This document shows positions 29,600-38,915 of a DNA stretch of 52,305 bases, piece by piece (within the stretch, counting starts at the first letter, position 1; every line of letters begins with the position of its first letter). Source of the DNA: Halobellus sp. Its GTDB lineage: Archaea; Halobacteriota; Halobacteria; Halobacteriales; Haloferacaceae. The stretch covers positions 1 to 52,305 of the forward strand of contig JBDGUM010000049.1 in NCBI GenBank assembly GCA_042215855.1, in the 5' to 3' direction. The translations under genes and the position numbers were made by a program. The notes below the pieces were generated by a model that worked only from the letters and a program-made list of their open reading frames with translations, did not search any database and was not told the origin of the DNA.

Positions 29600-30532
29600 A
29601 TGTCGCCGGAGCTTGCCCGTCTCAGTCACGTAGCGCTCGAAACCCCGGATCTGGAGGGATCGCTGGAATTCTTCGTCGACGCCGTCGGCTTCGAGGAGGT
29701 CGAACGCGAGGGCGATACCTCCTACCTCCGCGCGGTCGACGAGTTCAATCACCACTCGATCGTCCTCTCGGAGGCCGAGGAGGCCGGCGTCGACCACGTC
29801 GGCTGGCAGACGCGAAAGCCCGAGTACCTCGCCGAGTTCGAGGCGGTCCTCGACGAGGAGGGCATCGACGTGACCTGGATCGACGCCGGCGAGGAGCTCG
29901 GCCAGGGCGAGGCGTTCCGCTTCACCACGCCGACCGGCCACGAGTTCGAGTTCTACTACGAGATGGAGAAGCCCGATCCGCCGGCCGAGCGGCGCTCGAA
30001 GCTCAAGAACAAGACCTACTCGCGCACCACCACGAACCCGATCGCGCCGCGGCGGATCGACCACGTCCAGCTGTGGGACCCCGAGGCCAACGACTTCCGC
30101 GCGTGGCTGCAGGAGGCGCTGAACTTCCGCGTCCAGGAGCGCTATAATAGAAAAGACGGCTCCCGCTGGGGGACGTTCCTCAGCGCCAACGGCAACAAGA
30201 TCGAGGCCGCCGTGATCGAAGACGAAGAGGTGGCGAACGACCCCGCGCTCCACCACATCGCCTACAAGGTGGACACCGCCGACGACCTCTTCGACGCCCA
30301 CGACGCGATGAACGAACACGGCATCCCCACCGACGGGATCGGCCAGCACTCGATCTCCCGGGGGAAGTTCCTCTACGTGCGCGACCCCGTCAGCGGCCAC
30401 CGCATCGAGTTCAACGCCGGCGGCTACCTCGTCTTCGATCCCACCTGGGAGACGGTCGAGTGGGAGGAGGGCGACCTCGAAGACCGACAGTGGATCGGCC
30501 AGATCGAGTCGAAGGCGCGCGTCGAGTACTGA
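29600..30532 (+). CDS. type I extradiol (catechol 2,3-type) dioxygenase
   Basis: Two VOC domains; YLRA, RRIDHV, LHHIAY, H-x-I-S...LYVRDP-x-x-GHRIE giving the His-His-Glu metal triad. Confidence 0.88.
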   Translation: MSPELARLSHVALETPDLEGSLEFFVDAVGFEEVEREGDTSYLRAVDEFNHHSIVLSEAEEAGVDHVGWQTRKPEYLAEFEAVLDEEGIDVTWIDAGEELGQGEAFRFTTPTGHEFEFYYEMEKPDPPAERRSKLKNKTYSRTTTNPIAPRRIDHVQLWDPEANDFRAWLQEALNFRVQERYNRKDGSRWGTFLSANGNKIEAAVIEDEEVANDPALHHIAYKVDTADDLFDAHDAMNEHGIPTDGIGQHSISRGKFLYVRDPVSGHRIEFNAGGYLVFDPTWETVEWEEGDLEDRQWIGQIESKARVEY

Positions 30533-30614
30533 CGGGCGCGTCCGTCGAAACGGCGTTCTCAGCGCCCGGTTTCGGGACGAGCTCTACGACGAGTCGAAAA
30601 AAACGTAACTCCGG

Positions 30615-31580
30615 TCAGTAGTCGAGGACGTCCTCGATCCCCGCGGCGATCCGCGGCGGGTGCGGGATGTAGTAGTCCTCCATCGACAGGAGCGGCACCG
30701 GGATGTCGTAGCCGGTGATCCGCTCGACCGGCGCCTCGAGGTACATCAGCACCTCGTCGTTGATCGTGGCGACGATCTCGCTCGCCCAGCCGCCGCTGTA
30801 GGGCGCCTCGTGGACGACCGCACAGCGACCGGTCTTCCGCACCGACTCGACGACGGTCTCGCGGTCCATCGGCGAGATCGTCCGGAGGTCGATCACCTCG
30901 ACGTCGGCGTCGATGCGGTCGACCGCTTCGAGGGTCTTCTGCATCATCGCGCCCCAGGAGATCACCGTGACGTCCTCGCCTTCCCGGCGCACGGCGGCCT
31001 CGCCGATCGGGACCTCGTAGTCCTCGTCGGGGACGTCCTCGCGGATGGAGCGGTAGATGTGCTTGGGCTCCATGAACAGCACCGGATCGGGGCTCCGGAT
31101 CGCGGACTTGAGCAGCCCCTTCGTGTCGTAGGGCGTGCTCGGGATCACGACCTGGAGGCCCGGCACGTGGGCGTAGGCGCCCTCCAGGCTCTCGGAGTGG
31201 TGCTCGAGCGCGCGGATGCCGGCCCCGTACGGCGTCCGGACGACCATCGACGCGGTCCACTGCCCGCGGGTGCGCCAGCGCATCCGGCTGGCGTGGGTCA
31301 CGAGCTGGTCGAACGCCGGCGGGAGGAACCCCGAGAACTGGATCTCCGCGACCGGGCGGAGGCCGAAGACGGCGAGGCCGACCGCGCCGCCGGTGATCGC
31401 GATCTCCGACAGCGGCGTGTCGACGACGCGGTCGCCGCCGAACTGCTCCTTCAGTCCCTCCGTGGCCCTGAAGACCCCGCCGGTCTCGGCGACGTCCTCG
31501 CCGAAGACGACGACGCGGTCGTCGCGCTCCATCTCCTCTCGCAGCGCCATATTGACGGCGTTGATGATAGTTTCAGCCAT
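30615..31580 (-). CDS. 2-oxoacid dehydrogenase E1 beta subunit
   Basis: GEDV..GGVFRAT, DTPLSE, EIQF, EHHSES, FMEPK, DLRTI. Confidence 0.93.
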   Translation of the reverse strand: MAETIINAVNMALREEMERDDRVVVFGEDVAETGGVFRATEGLKEQFGGDRVVDTPLSEIAITGGAVGLAVFGLRPVAEIQFSGFLPPAFDQLVTHASRMRWRTRGQWTASMVVRTPYGAGIRALEHHSESLEGAYAHVPGLQVVIPSTPYDTKGLLKSAIRSPDPVLFMEPKHIYRSIREDVPDEDYEVPIGEAAVRREGEDVTVISWGAMMQKTLEAVDRIDADVEVIDLRTISPMDRETVVESVRKTGRCAVVHEAPYSGGWASEIVATINDEVLMYLEAPVERITGYDIPVPLLSMEDYYIPHPPRIAAGIEDVLDY

Positions 31581-31583
31581 TGG

Positions 31584-32660
31584 TCACCCCTTGGGTCGCC
31601 GTTCGATGTACTCCTCGAGGTCGTCCAGCTCCTCGAGGTCGCGTTTCATCTCGTCTAGCTGTTCCTGCAGGATCGGCGGGAGGTCGTCGTAGACGTACTC
31701 GAACAGCTCGTCGACGTCGCGCGGGCCGAACTCGTCGGCGGCCTCGACGGCCGCGGAGAACTCCTCGTCGACCTCGGCGACGAGCGACTCCTTGTCGACC
31801 TCGTCCCAGAGCCCCTCGGACTTGAGGAACGACTCGTAGCGCTCGATCGGGTCGCGTTCGAGCCACTCCTCGACCTCCTCGCGGCCCCGGTACTCGGTGG
31901 GGTCGTCGCTGGTGGAGTGGCCCTCGGTCCGGTAGGTGAGCGCCTCGAAGAGGACCGGATGGCCCGCGCGGGCGAGCTTCCGCGCCTCCCGCATCGCGTC
32001 GTACACCGCGAGGACGTCGTTGCCGTCGGCGCGGATGCCGTGGACGCCGTAGCCGAGCCCCCGCTGGGCGATGGTGTTGGCGTTGGTCTGCTTCTCGAAG
32101 GGCGTCGAGATGGCCCACTGGTTGTTCTGACAGTAGAAGATCGCGGGGGCGTCGAGGACGCCCGCGAAGTTGACCGCCTCGTGGAACGCGCCGGTGGACG
32201 TCGCGCCGTCGCCGAAGTGCGCGGTGACGACCGCGTCGGTGTCGGTGAGGTTCATCCCCCAGCCGATTCCGGTGGTCATCGGGAGGTAGCCGCCGACGGA
32301 GATGCCGATCATACAGTTCCGCTCGGTGAGGAAGCGCTGGGCGTCCTCGACGCCGCGCCAGAAGAGGATGATGTCCCGCAGCGAGACGCCGCGCTGGAGC
32401 ATCGCGCTCGTCTCGCGGCCCATCCCGAGGAGCCAGTCGCCGTCCCGGAGGGCGTAGCCGCTCCCGACGATGCTCGCCTCGTGGCCGCGGCTGGAGCCGA
32501 CCGTGCCCATCTGGCCCCGCCGCTGGAGTTTGATCATCCGCTCGGCGTAGCGCTTCTCGACGAGCATCCACCGGTAGAGGTCGAGGAACTCCTCCTCCTC
32601 GAGGTCCGGGACGTCGTCGGGGTCGGCCGCGTCGACGGAGCCGATGGAACGACAGAACAA
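31584..32660 (-). CDS. 2-oxoacid dehydrogenase E1 alpha subunit (start uncertain, possibly truncated)
   Basis: GDGATSTG...NNQWAIS TPP motif and YRTEGHSTSDDP; only a TTG start is available upstream of VPDL. Confidence 0.8.
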   Translation of the reverse strand: MFCRSIGSVDAADPDDVPDLEEEEFLDLYRWMLVEKRYAERMIKLQRRGQMGTVGSSRGHEASIVGSGYALRDGDWLLGMGRETSAMLQRGVSLRDIILFWRGVEDAQRFLTERNCMIGISVGGYLPMTTGIGWGMNLTDTDAVVTAHFGDGATSTGAFHEAVNFAGVLDAPAIFYCQNNQWAISTPFEKQTNANTIAQRGLGYGVHGIRADGNDVLAVYDAMREARKLARAGHPVLFEALTYRTEGHSTSDDPTEYRGREEVEEWLERDPIERYESFLKSEGLWDEVDKESLVAEVDEEFSAAVEAADEFGPRDVDELFEYVYDDLPPILQEQLDEMKRDLEELDDLEEYIERRPKG

Positions 32661-33498
32661 AAATCGAGAACGGGGGACCGATCGGACGGTGGACGATCAG
32701 TTCTCCGTCTCGACGGGGTCGTGGGCCTACCAGTGGATCGTCAACGGACCGGTGCGAGACGAGCTGAACATCGAGAGCGGGTCGGGCGCGTTCGGTCCGA
32801 ACTACCACGCGAACCAGACCATCGCCCGCGCCCTGGGGATGGCCTACCGCAACACGGCCAAGATCTACCCCGGCGAGAAGGACATGGGCGTGATGGGCAA
32901 CCCCGCGAAGTTCTCGCTCCTGGCTGGGGAGAACGAGGAGGCGAGCCCCTGGGAGCCCTACCACGTCACCCACGGCTACGACGCAGACGACAGCACCGTC
33001 ACGCTGTCGGGGCCGAACGGGTGGACCCAGTGGATCCCCGGCGAGAACAGCGCCGAACAGATTCTCCGGGATATGATCAACAACACCCCGCGATCGATGC
33101 GGGCGAGTTCGGGGGAGGACCTCAACGCGACGATCACTCACGCGATCAACCCCTACAACGCCGAGGAACTGGAGAAGGCGGACCTCAGCAAGGACGAGAT
33201 CAAACGGTACCTCGTCGGCAACTCCGACGTCCGATCGGACGGCCATCCGGAGTTGCTGTCGGACGCCGAAACGTTCGGCGACACCGATATATCAGTAAGA
33301 CAGATATCACAGTACGAAGATATAGATGCGGTCAAGATCGTCACGGTCGGCGGGTCGGGGCGGTTCAACGCCATCATCGGAATGTCGATCGGGGGGCCGG
33401 TCACGAAGGTGATCCGATTCCCCGACGGCTGGGACGAACTCGTCGAGGAGTACGAATTCGACCGGAACTGGTTCCCGGAAGGCGGGTTCTACGAGTGA
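32644..33498 (+). pseudogene. probable 5'-truncated conserved hypothetical protein of the family accompanying UGSC-type (seleno)proteins
   Basis: IVNGP, ANQTIARA and ENEEASPWEPYHV...STVT motifs; the N-terminal DGLPxxPPT segment I recall for this family is absent. Confidence 0.55.
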
Positions 33499-33685
33499 GA
33501 ACCGTCTTTTCGTGAACTCCGCCATAGGCTGTCGGGTGGGGTTTGATACGGAAGCTGACTTCCGACTGGAAGAAAAATTTTATCTTTCTGATTTATTATG
33601 GTATTAAACAGCTTAGTTATAATATCGTTCTCCACCGGCTGCGACCCTGGGTGACCGTCTCTCCGCGACCGGTCCAGTCACCCCC

Positions 33686-35149
33686 TCATTCGGCCCGCGG
33701 CAGTTCGATGACGAAGACCGCGCCCGGGCCCTCCTCCGCCTCGAGGTCGTCGCGGTCTTCGACCCAGACGTCGCCGCCGTAGCCGTCGACGAGCGTCCGA
33801 ACGAGGTAGAGTCCGATCCCGGTGCCCGCGCTGTCGAGGTCCGCCTCGCCCTTGCCGAAGATCGTCTTCTTCTGCGCGTCGGGGACGCCGGGGCCGTTGT
33901 CGGCGACGCGCACGCGGATCGTGTCGTCTCGCGGCTCGACCGAGACCGACACCTCCGGGACGTCCTTGTCGTTGTGCTGGACGGCGTTCTTGAGGACGTT
34001 CCGGAAGACCGACGCGAGCAGGTCGTCGGCGACGATCTCGACGGCCGGAATCGACTCGCACTGGACGACTGCCTCCGGATGCGCGGATCGGATCTCGTCC
34101 ACTTCGGACTCGAGCACCGGACGGAGCCGCCGGCTGGACGGCTCCTGATCCGAGAGCAGCACGTCGGCCATATCGCGGGCCGTCGTCGTGAGTTCGACCG
34201 CGTGCTCCGCGTGTTCGCTGATCGTGTCGATGTACTCCCGGATTTCGTCGTCCTCGCACTCCTCGGCCAACAGGTCCGCGTAGGCCGTCACGAGCTGGAG
34301 GTCGTTCCGGATGTCGTGTCTGAGGACCTGGTTCAGGAGTTCGAGGTCGTCGCGCTGGGACTCCAGGCGCTCTTCGTACCGCTTGCGGTCGGTGATGTCG
34401 GTGATGAACCCCTCCAGCAGCGCGGCCTCGTCCCCGCGCTCGTCGACGTGCTGTCCCCGCTCCCACACCCACCGCTCGTCGCCGTCGGCGGTCCGGATGC
34501 GGTAGGTGACCTCGAAGGCGGTCTCGTCCTCGATCGCGGCCTGCACCTCGCGGTCCACCCGCTCTCGATCCTCGGGGTCGATGACGTCCAGCCCCCAGCT
34601 CACGTCGCCGGACTCGATCGCCTCGGCCTCGTAGCCGGTGAGGTCCTCGCAGCGTCCCCCGACGAACTCCATCGGCCAGCCGGTGTCGGTCCGGCAGCGG
34701 TAGACGATGCCCGGGAGGTTCTCGATGAGCCGCTCGAAGCGCCGCTCGGCCGCTTTGCGGTCCTCGATGTCGCGGACCACCGCGAGCACCCGTGGGCCGT
34801 CCGCGGTGTCGATCCGGGTGAGCGTCACCGACACCCAAAAGAGGGCGCCGTCGCTGTCGCGGGCGCGCCACTCGAACTCCCGGCGCTCGCCCGACTCCGC
34901 GGTCCGCGCGATCCGCCGGGCGGCCTCCTCCCGGGTGTAGGGTCCCTCGCCGGCGCTGAGCGTCTCGACGTCGTCGTTCCGGAGAAATTCGCGGGGGTAG
35001 CCGTACAGATCCACGGCCGCGGCGTTGACGTCGACGATGGTCCCGTCGGTCCGGTGGACGAACACGGCCTCCGACACCGCGTCGAACGCGCCGCGTAGTT
35101 CCTCGTACGTCAGCGGAGCGTCGTCGTCCGCGGTGCGCGAGGTGGTCAT
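33686..35149 (-). CDS. PAS-PAS sensor histidine kinase
   Basis: RHDIRNDL, NVLKNA, DNGPGV, GIGL; true start MTTSRT. Confidence 0.9.
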   Translation of the reverse strand: MTTSRTADDDAPLTYEELRGAFDAVSEAVFVHRTDGTIVDVNAAAVDLYGYPREFLRNDDVETLSAGEGPYTREEAARRIARTAESGERREFEWRARDSDGALFWVSVTLTRIDTADGPRVLAVVRDIEDRKAAERRFERLIENLPGIVYRCRTDTGWPMEFVGGRCEDLTGYEAEAIESGDVSWGLDVIDPEDRERVDREVQAAIEDETAFEVTYRIRTADGDERWVWERGQHVDERGDEAALLEGFITDITDRKRYEERLESQRDDLELLNQVLRHDIRNDLQLVTAYADLLAEECEDDEIREYIDTISEHAEHAVELTTTARDMADVLLSDQEPSSRRLRPVLESEVDEIRSAHPEAVVQCESIPAVEIVADDLLASVFRNVLKNAVQHNDKDVPEVSVSVEPRDDTIRVRVADNGPGVPDAQKKTIFGKGEADLDSAGTGIGLYLVRTLVDGYGGDVWVEDRDDLEAEEGPGAVFVIELPRAE

Positions 35150-35251
35150 CGTCGGGAATTGTGCGCTGTGGAACATAAATGACACTGCCGCCGCGCCGGC
35201 GGCCGCTTCGGCGAGCGCTACTATAATACGCCACCCGGGCGAACCGGAGGT

Positions 35252-36118
35252 ATGGTAAATTACCGGTACGCCGGCGACGCCCACGAGCGGCTGTTCGCCT
35301 CGTATCAGGAGGACTCCGACCCGTTCCCGACGAACGTGACGGCGTGCTTCCCGGACCGCGAGCACCGCCGCGAGGAGATCGCCCTCCTGCAGGAGCTGCT
35401 GTTCCCCACCTGCTGGAACGCCCCCGAACTGGTCCGCGACGAACTGGCGATCCTCGACCAGCTCGACGACCTGGGGACGCTGATCAAGGCCGGGATCTGC
35501 CCGTACACCGACGGCCGGCCCGACGAGACGGTCTCGACGCTCATCGACAGCCTGCCGCGGCTCCGCGACGTCCTCAAGCGGGACGTCGAGGCCGCCTACA
35601 AGGGCGACCCGGCGGCGAAGACGTACATGGAGATCATCCGGTCGTATCCCGGATTCCTCGCGATCGCGGTCCAGCGGGTCGCCCACGTCCTCTACGACAT
35701 CGGCGCGCCCGAGTACGCGCGCGAGCTGACCGAGTACGCGAAGACCCAGACCGGGATCGACATCCACCCGGGCGCCGAGATCGGCGAGCACTTCTTCATC
35801 GACCACGGCACGGGCGTCGTCATCGGCGAGACCGCGACGGTGGGCGAGTGGGTCCGGCTCTATCAGGACGTGACTCTCGGGGCGCTCCACTTCGAGGAGG
35901 AAGAGGGCCAGGAGCACGCGCTCAAGAAGGGATACAAGCGCCACCCCGACATCGGCGACCACGTGGTCATCGGCGCCGGGACGAAGGTGCTCGGCGACAT
36001 CACCGTCGGCGACCACGTGAGCATCGGCGCGAACTCCTGGATCACCGAGGACATCCCCGATCGGACGAAAGTCTACATCAAGGACCACCCGACCCAGGAG
36101 CGCAAGCGGTACGACTGA
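35252..36118 (+). CDS. cysE: serine O-acetyltransferase (EpsC/CysE type)
   Basis: GDPAA, YPG, TGIDIHPGA, IDHGTGVVIGET, KRHP. Confidence 0.93.
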   Translation: MVNYRYAGDAHERLFASYQEDSDPFPTNVTACFPDREHRREEIALLQELLFPTCWNAPELVRDELAILDQLDDLGTLIKAGICPYTDGRPDETVSTLIDSLPRLRDVLKRDVEAAYKGDPAAKTYMEIIRSYPGFLAIAVQRVAHVLYDIGAPEYARELTEYAKTQTGIDIHPGAEIGEHFFIDHGTGVVIGETATVGEWVRLYQDVTLGALHFEEEEGQEHALKKGYKRHPDIGDHVVIGAGTKVLGDITVGDHVSIGANSWITEDIPDRTKVYIKDHPTQERKRYD

Positions 36119-36124
36119 TCGAGC

Positions 36125-36355
36125 TTACTCGTCTTCGAACTCGATCGACGCGATGGGGTGGCGGGGCTGTTCGTCGTCGTCGTTTTCGTACTTGTAGTCG
36201 ACGCCCTCTTCCTCGTCGACCGTGGCGTTGTGCGACCCGTCGCAGAACGGCTTGTCGTCCGAGAGCCCGCACCGGCAGACGTAGATGTCGCCGTCGTGCT
36301 CGTCGGGGTCGATGACGTCGGGACCGTTCGCGTCGTGTGTGACTTCGCGTGACAT
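36125..36355 (-). CDS. CDGSH iron-sulfur domain protein
   Basis: CRCGLSDDKPFCDGSH. Confidence 0.92.
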   Translation of the reverse strand: MSREVTHDANGPDVIDPDEHDGDIYVCRCGLSDDKPFCDGSHNATVDEEEGVDYKYENDDDEQPRHPIASIEFEDE

Positions 36356-36447
36356 CACCTACCACACTGAGCGCCACGCAGTTATAGCTCGTGGGCGACC
36401 GCACGCGTGACGAAAAACCGAAGCCCCTCGGTCGCGTCTGATCGCCT

Positions 36448-36819
36448 ATGTCGAACGACCAGACGCTCGTCAGGGACGTGATGTCGACGCGGCTCGTGAC
36501 GATCAGCCCCGACGCGACGCTCGTGGAGGCGGCGAAGCGGATGCGCGACCACGAGATCAACGCGCTGTTGGTGCCGTCGACGGAGATCGCGATCGTGACG
36601 AGCACGGACGTACTGGACGCCGTCGCCCGCGACCGCGACCCTGCCGAGGTCAGCGTCGGCGACGTGATGACGGGGGCCGTCGAGACCGTCACGCCCGACC
36701 TCCGGCTCACCGAGGCCGCGGCGATGATGGAGAACTTCGGCTTCAGCCACCTGCCGGTCGTCGACGACGACCTCGTCGGGATGGTCTCCTCGACGGACAT
36801 CACCGCACAGCTCTCCTGA
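36448..36819 (+). CDS. CBS domain protein
   Basis: VRDVMS and VGDVMT...HLPVVD...VGMVS tandem CBS. Confidence 0.9.
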   Translation: MSNDQTLVRDVMSTRLVTISPDATLVEAAKRMRDHEINALLVPSTEIAIVTSTDVLDAVARDRDPAEVSVGDVMTGAVETVTPDLRLTEAAAMMENFGFSHLPVVDDDLVGMVSSTDITAQLS

Positions 36820-36820
36820 G

Positions 36821-37552
36821 ATGGACGTCGTCACCGCACTCCGCGCACGGGAAGGCGTCACCTGTATGGTCGGCGCCGGGGGCAAGAAGACCACGATGCA
36901 GACGCTCGCGGGGGACCTGGAGGGCGCGGTCGTCACCGCCACGGTCCGGATCCCGATCTTCGACGACTGGGTCGGCCGCGTCGTCGTCACCGACGACCCC
37001 GTCGCGGCCGTCGACGAGGCCGAGGGCGACCCGGAGGCGTGGCCGCTCGGCGTCGTCCCCGAGCGCGAGCGCGAGGATCGCTACTTCGGCTACGAGCTCG
37101 ACGTCCTCGACGAGCTCGCCGCGCTCGACGTCCCGGTGCTCGCGAAGGCCGACGGCGCGCGGATGCGGCGGCTCAAGGCGCCGAGCGAGAACGAGCCCCG
37201 AATTCCCGGGAGCGCCGACACCGTGGTCCCGATCGCGAGCGCGCACGTCGTCGGCGAGCCGCTCTCGGACGCCCTCGTCCACCGCGTCGACGAGGTCGCG
37301 GCGCTCACGGGTCTCGATCCCGGCGACGAGATCCGCCCCGCGGACGTCGCGGCCGTGCTCGCGAGCGAGGAGGGCGGGCTGAAGGGCGTGCCCGACGACG
37401 CGACGCCGATCCCGCTCCTGAACATGGTCGACGACGACGAACTCGAAGCGAGCGCCCGCGAGGTCGCCGCGGAGATCCACGAGCGGGCCGACGTGCCGCG
37501 GGTCGTCCTCGCGGAGATGCGCGCCGACGACCCGATCGTCGACGTGGTTTGA
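36821..37552 (+). CDS. yqeC: selenium-dependent molybdenum hydroxylase accessory protein YqeC
   Basis: VGAGGKKT and ADGARMRRLKAP..NEPRIP motifs. Confidence 0.8.
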   Translation: MDVVTALRAREGVTCMVGAGGKKTTMQTLAGDLEGAVVTATVRIPIFDDWVGRVVVTDDPVAAVDEAEGDPEAWPLGVVPEREREDRYFGYELDVLDELAALDVPVLAKADGARMRRLKAPSENEPRIPGSADTVVPIASAHVVGEPLSDALVHRVDEVAALTGLDPGDEIRPADVAAVLASEEGGLKGVPDDATPIPLLNMVDDDELEASAREVAAEIHERADVPRVVLAEMRADDPIVDVV

Positions 37553-37564
37553 GCGGACGCGGTA

Positions 37565-38182
37565 TTACCCCTCCCCGGAGAGCCGCTCGACCGCGCGCTC
37601 GAACTCCTCGTGGGTGTTGAGGTTCTCGAACGTCCCCATCGACGAGACCCGCTCGATCTCGTCGCGGTCGAGGACGACCGTGTCGAGGTCCTCGAGCGGG
37701 GCGACGATCCGGCTGTCGTCGCGTTCGAGCGCGCGGCGGCAGGCCGCGAGCATCGGCTCGGTCCGGTAGACCGCCTGGGTCGTCTGGAACCACTCGTCGG
37801 GACGCGGGACGGCGGCGTCGTGGTCTTCCGCGCGTTCGAAGAGGTGCTCGACGAACGCGGGATCGACGAACGGCATATCGCAGGCGACGACGAACGCGTA
37901 CTCGGCGTCGACCTCCTCCAGTCCGCGGGCGATGCCGGCCATCGGCCCCGCGTCGGGCTCGCGATCGATCGCGAGCGTCGGGTCGACGTCGGCGTCGGCG
38001 AACGCGGCGCGGATGGCGTCCTCCTGGTCGGATCGACAGTTGAGCACGACCTCGTCCACGATGCCGACGACGCGGTCGACCACCCGGCGGATCATCGGCG
38101 TCCCGGCGAGGTCGGCGACGGCCTTGTCGCGGTCGCCGAAGCGGGTCGAGCGACCGCCGGCGAGGACCAGTACGGCGCGCAT
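37565..38182 (-). CDS. mobA: molybdenum cofactor guanylyltransferase
   Basis: LAGGRSTRFG..DKA, GPMAGI, ACDMPF, NLNT. Confidence 0.9.
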   Translation of the reverse strand: MRAVLVLAGGRSTRFGDRDKAVADLAGTPMIRRVVDRVVGIVDEVVLNCRSDQEDAIRAAFADADVDPTLAIDREPDAGPMAGIARGLEEVDAEYAFVVACDMPFVDPAFVEHLFERAEDHDAAVPRPDEWFQTTQAVYRTEPMLAACRRALERDDSRIVAPLEDLDTVVLDRDEIERVSSMGTFENLNTHEEFERAVERLSGEG

Positions 38183-38295
38183 AGGGGCGCTTCCCGATCC
38201 GGGGCAAAGAAGCTGACGAGCCCCGCGGCGGCGACAGCGGAGCGCATTTACCCGCCGGGCGAGTGCGTCCGAACGATGCGGGAGGACGACCGGTG

Positions 38296-38904
38296 ATGCG
38301 GGAAGACGAGCTCGCGACGGCCGTGGTCGAGCACTTCGAGGCCGCCTTCGACGGCGCGGAGATCGGCCTCGAAGAGCCCTACGACCACTACGGCAACCGC
38401 GGGTCGGTGGACGTGTACGTCCGCACGGCCCCGCCCGAGCGGGTGTCGTACCTGGTCGAACTGAAGGCCGACCCTGCGGTTCGGATGGCCTCGGGCGCGA
38501 ACGAGATCCTCCGCCAGTACCGGCGGATGGAGCGGTACTTCTTCGCCGACGACGCCCACGACCTCCGGACGCGGCTCGCCCGCGACGGCCCCGGCGTCCA
38601 CCTGCTCCTGCTCTTCGCGCCGACCACCGCGTGCGTGGAGCACGTCTTCGAGCACCGGCGGCTCTACGGCTCGGTCGACCCGGACCTGGCGATCGAGGGC
38701 GTCGAGGCCGAGCGCAAAGTCGCCTTTCTTGTGAACCTCGACGCGGCCCCCTCCGGCGGGCTCGCCTTCCTCTCGGTCAACGGCGAGGTCGGCGTCGACT
38801 CGCCCGGCTTTCTCGACGCAGTACCGGAGGGATCGCGGCTGGCCACGGCGATCCGGGAGGCCGACGTCGACCTCGACGACGGGTCGGCGAACGACGGTTC
38901 CTGA
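38296..38904 (+). CDS. hypothetical protein with PD-(D/E)XK nuclease-like motif
   Basis: GSVDVY...LVELKAD...ILRQY. Confidence 0.55.
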   Translation: MREDELATAVVEHFEAAFDGAEIGLEEPYDHYGNRGSVDVYVRTAPPERVSYLVELKADPAVRMASGANEILRQYRRMERYFFADDAHDLRTRLARDGPGVHLLLLFAPTTACVEHVFEHRRLYGSVDPDLAIEGVEAERKVAFLVNLDAAPSGGLAFLSVNGEVGVDSPGFLDAVPEGSRLATAIREADVDLDDGSANDGS

Positions 38905-38915
38905 CCCGGCCCCCG

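Noticed and set aside
33686-36088. 800-aa kinase as called in the ORF track
   Set aside because: The first ~310 codons are antisense to cysE; the real start is probably 35149
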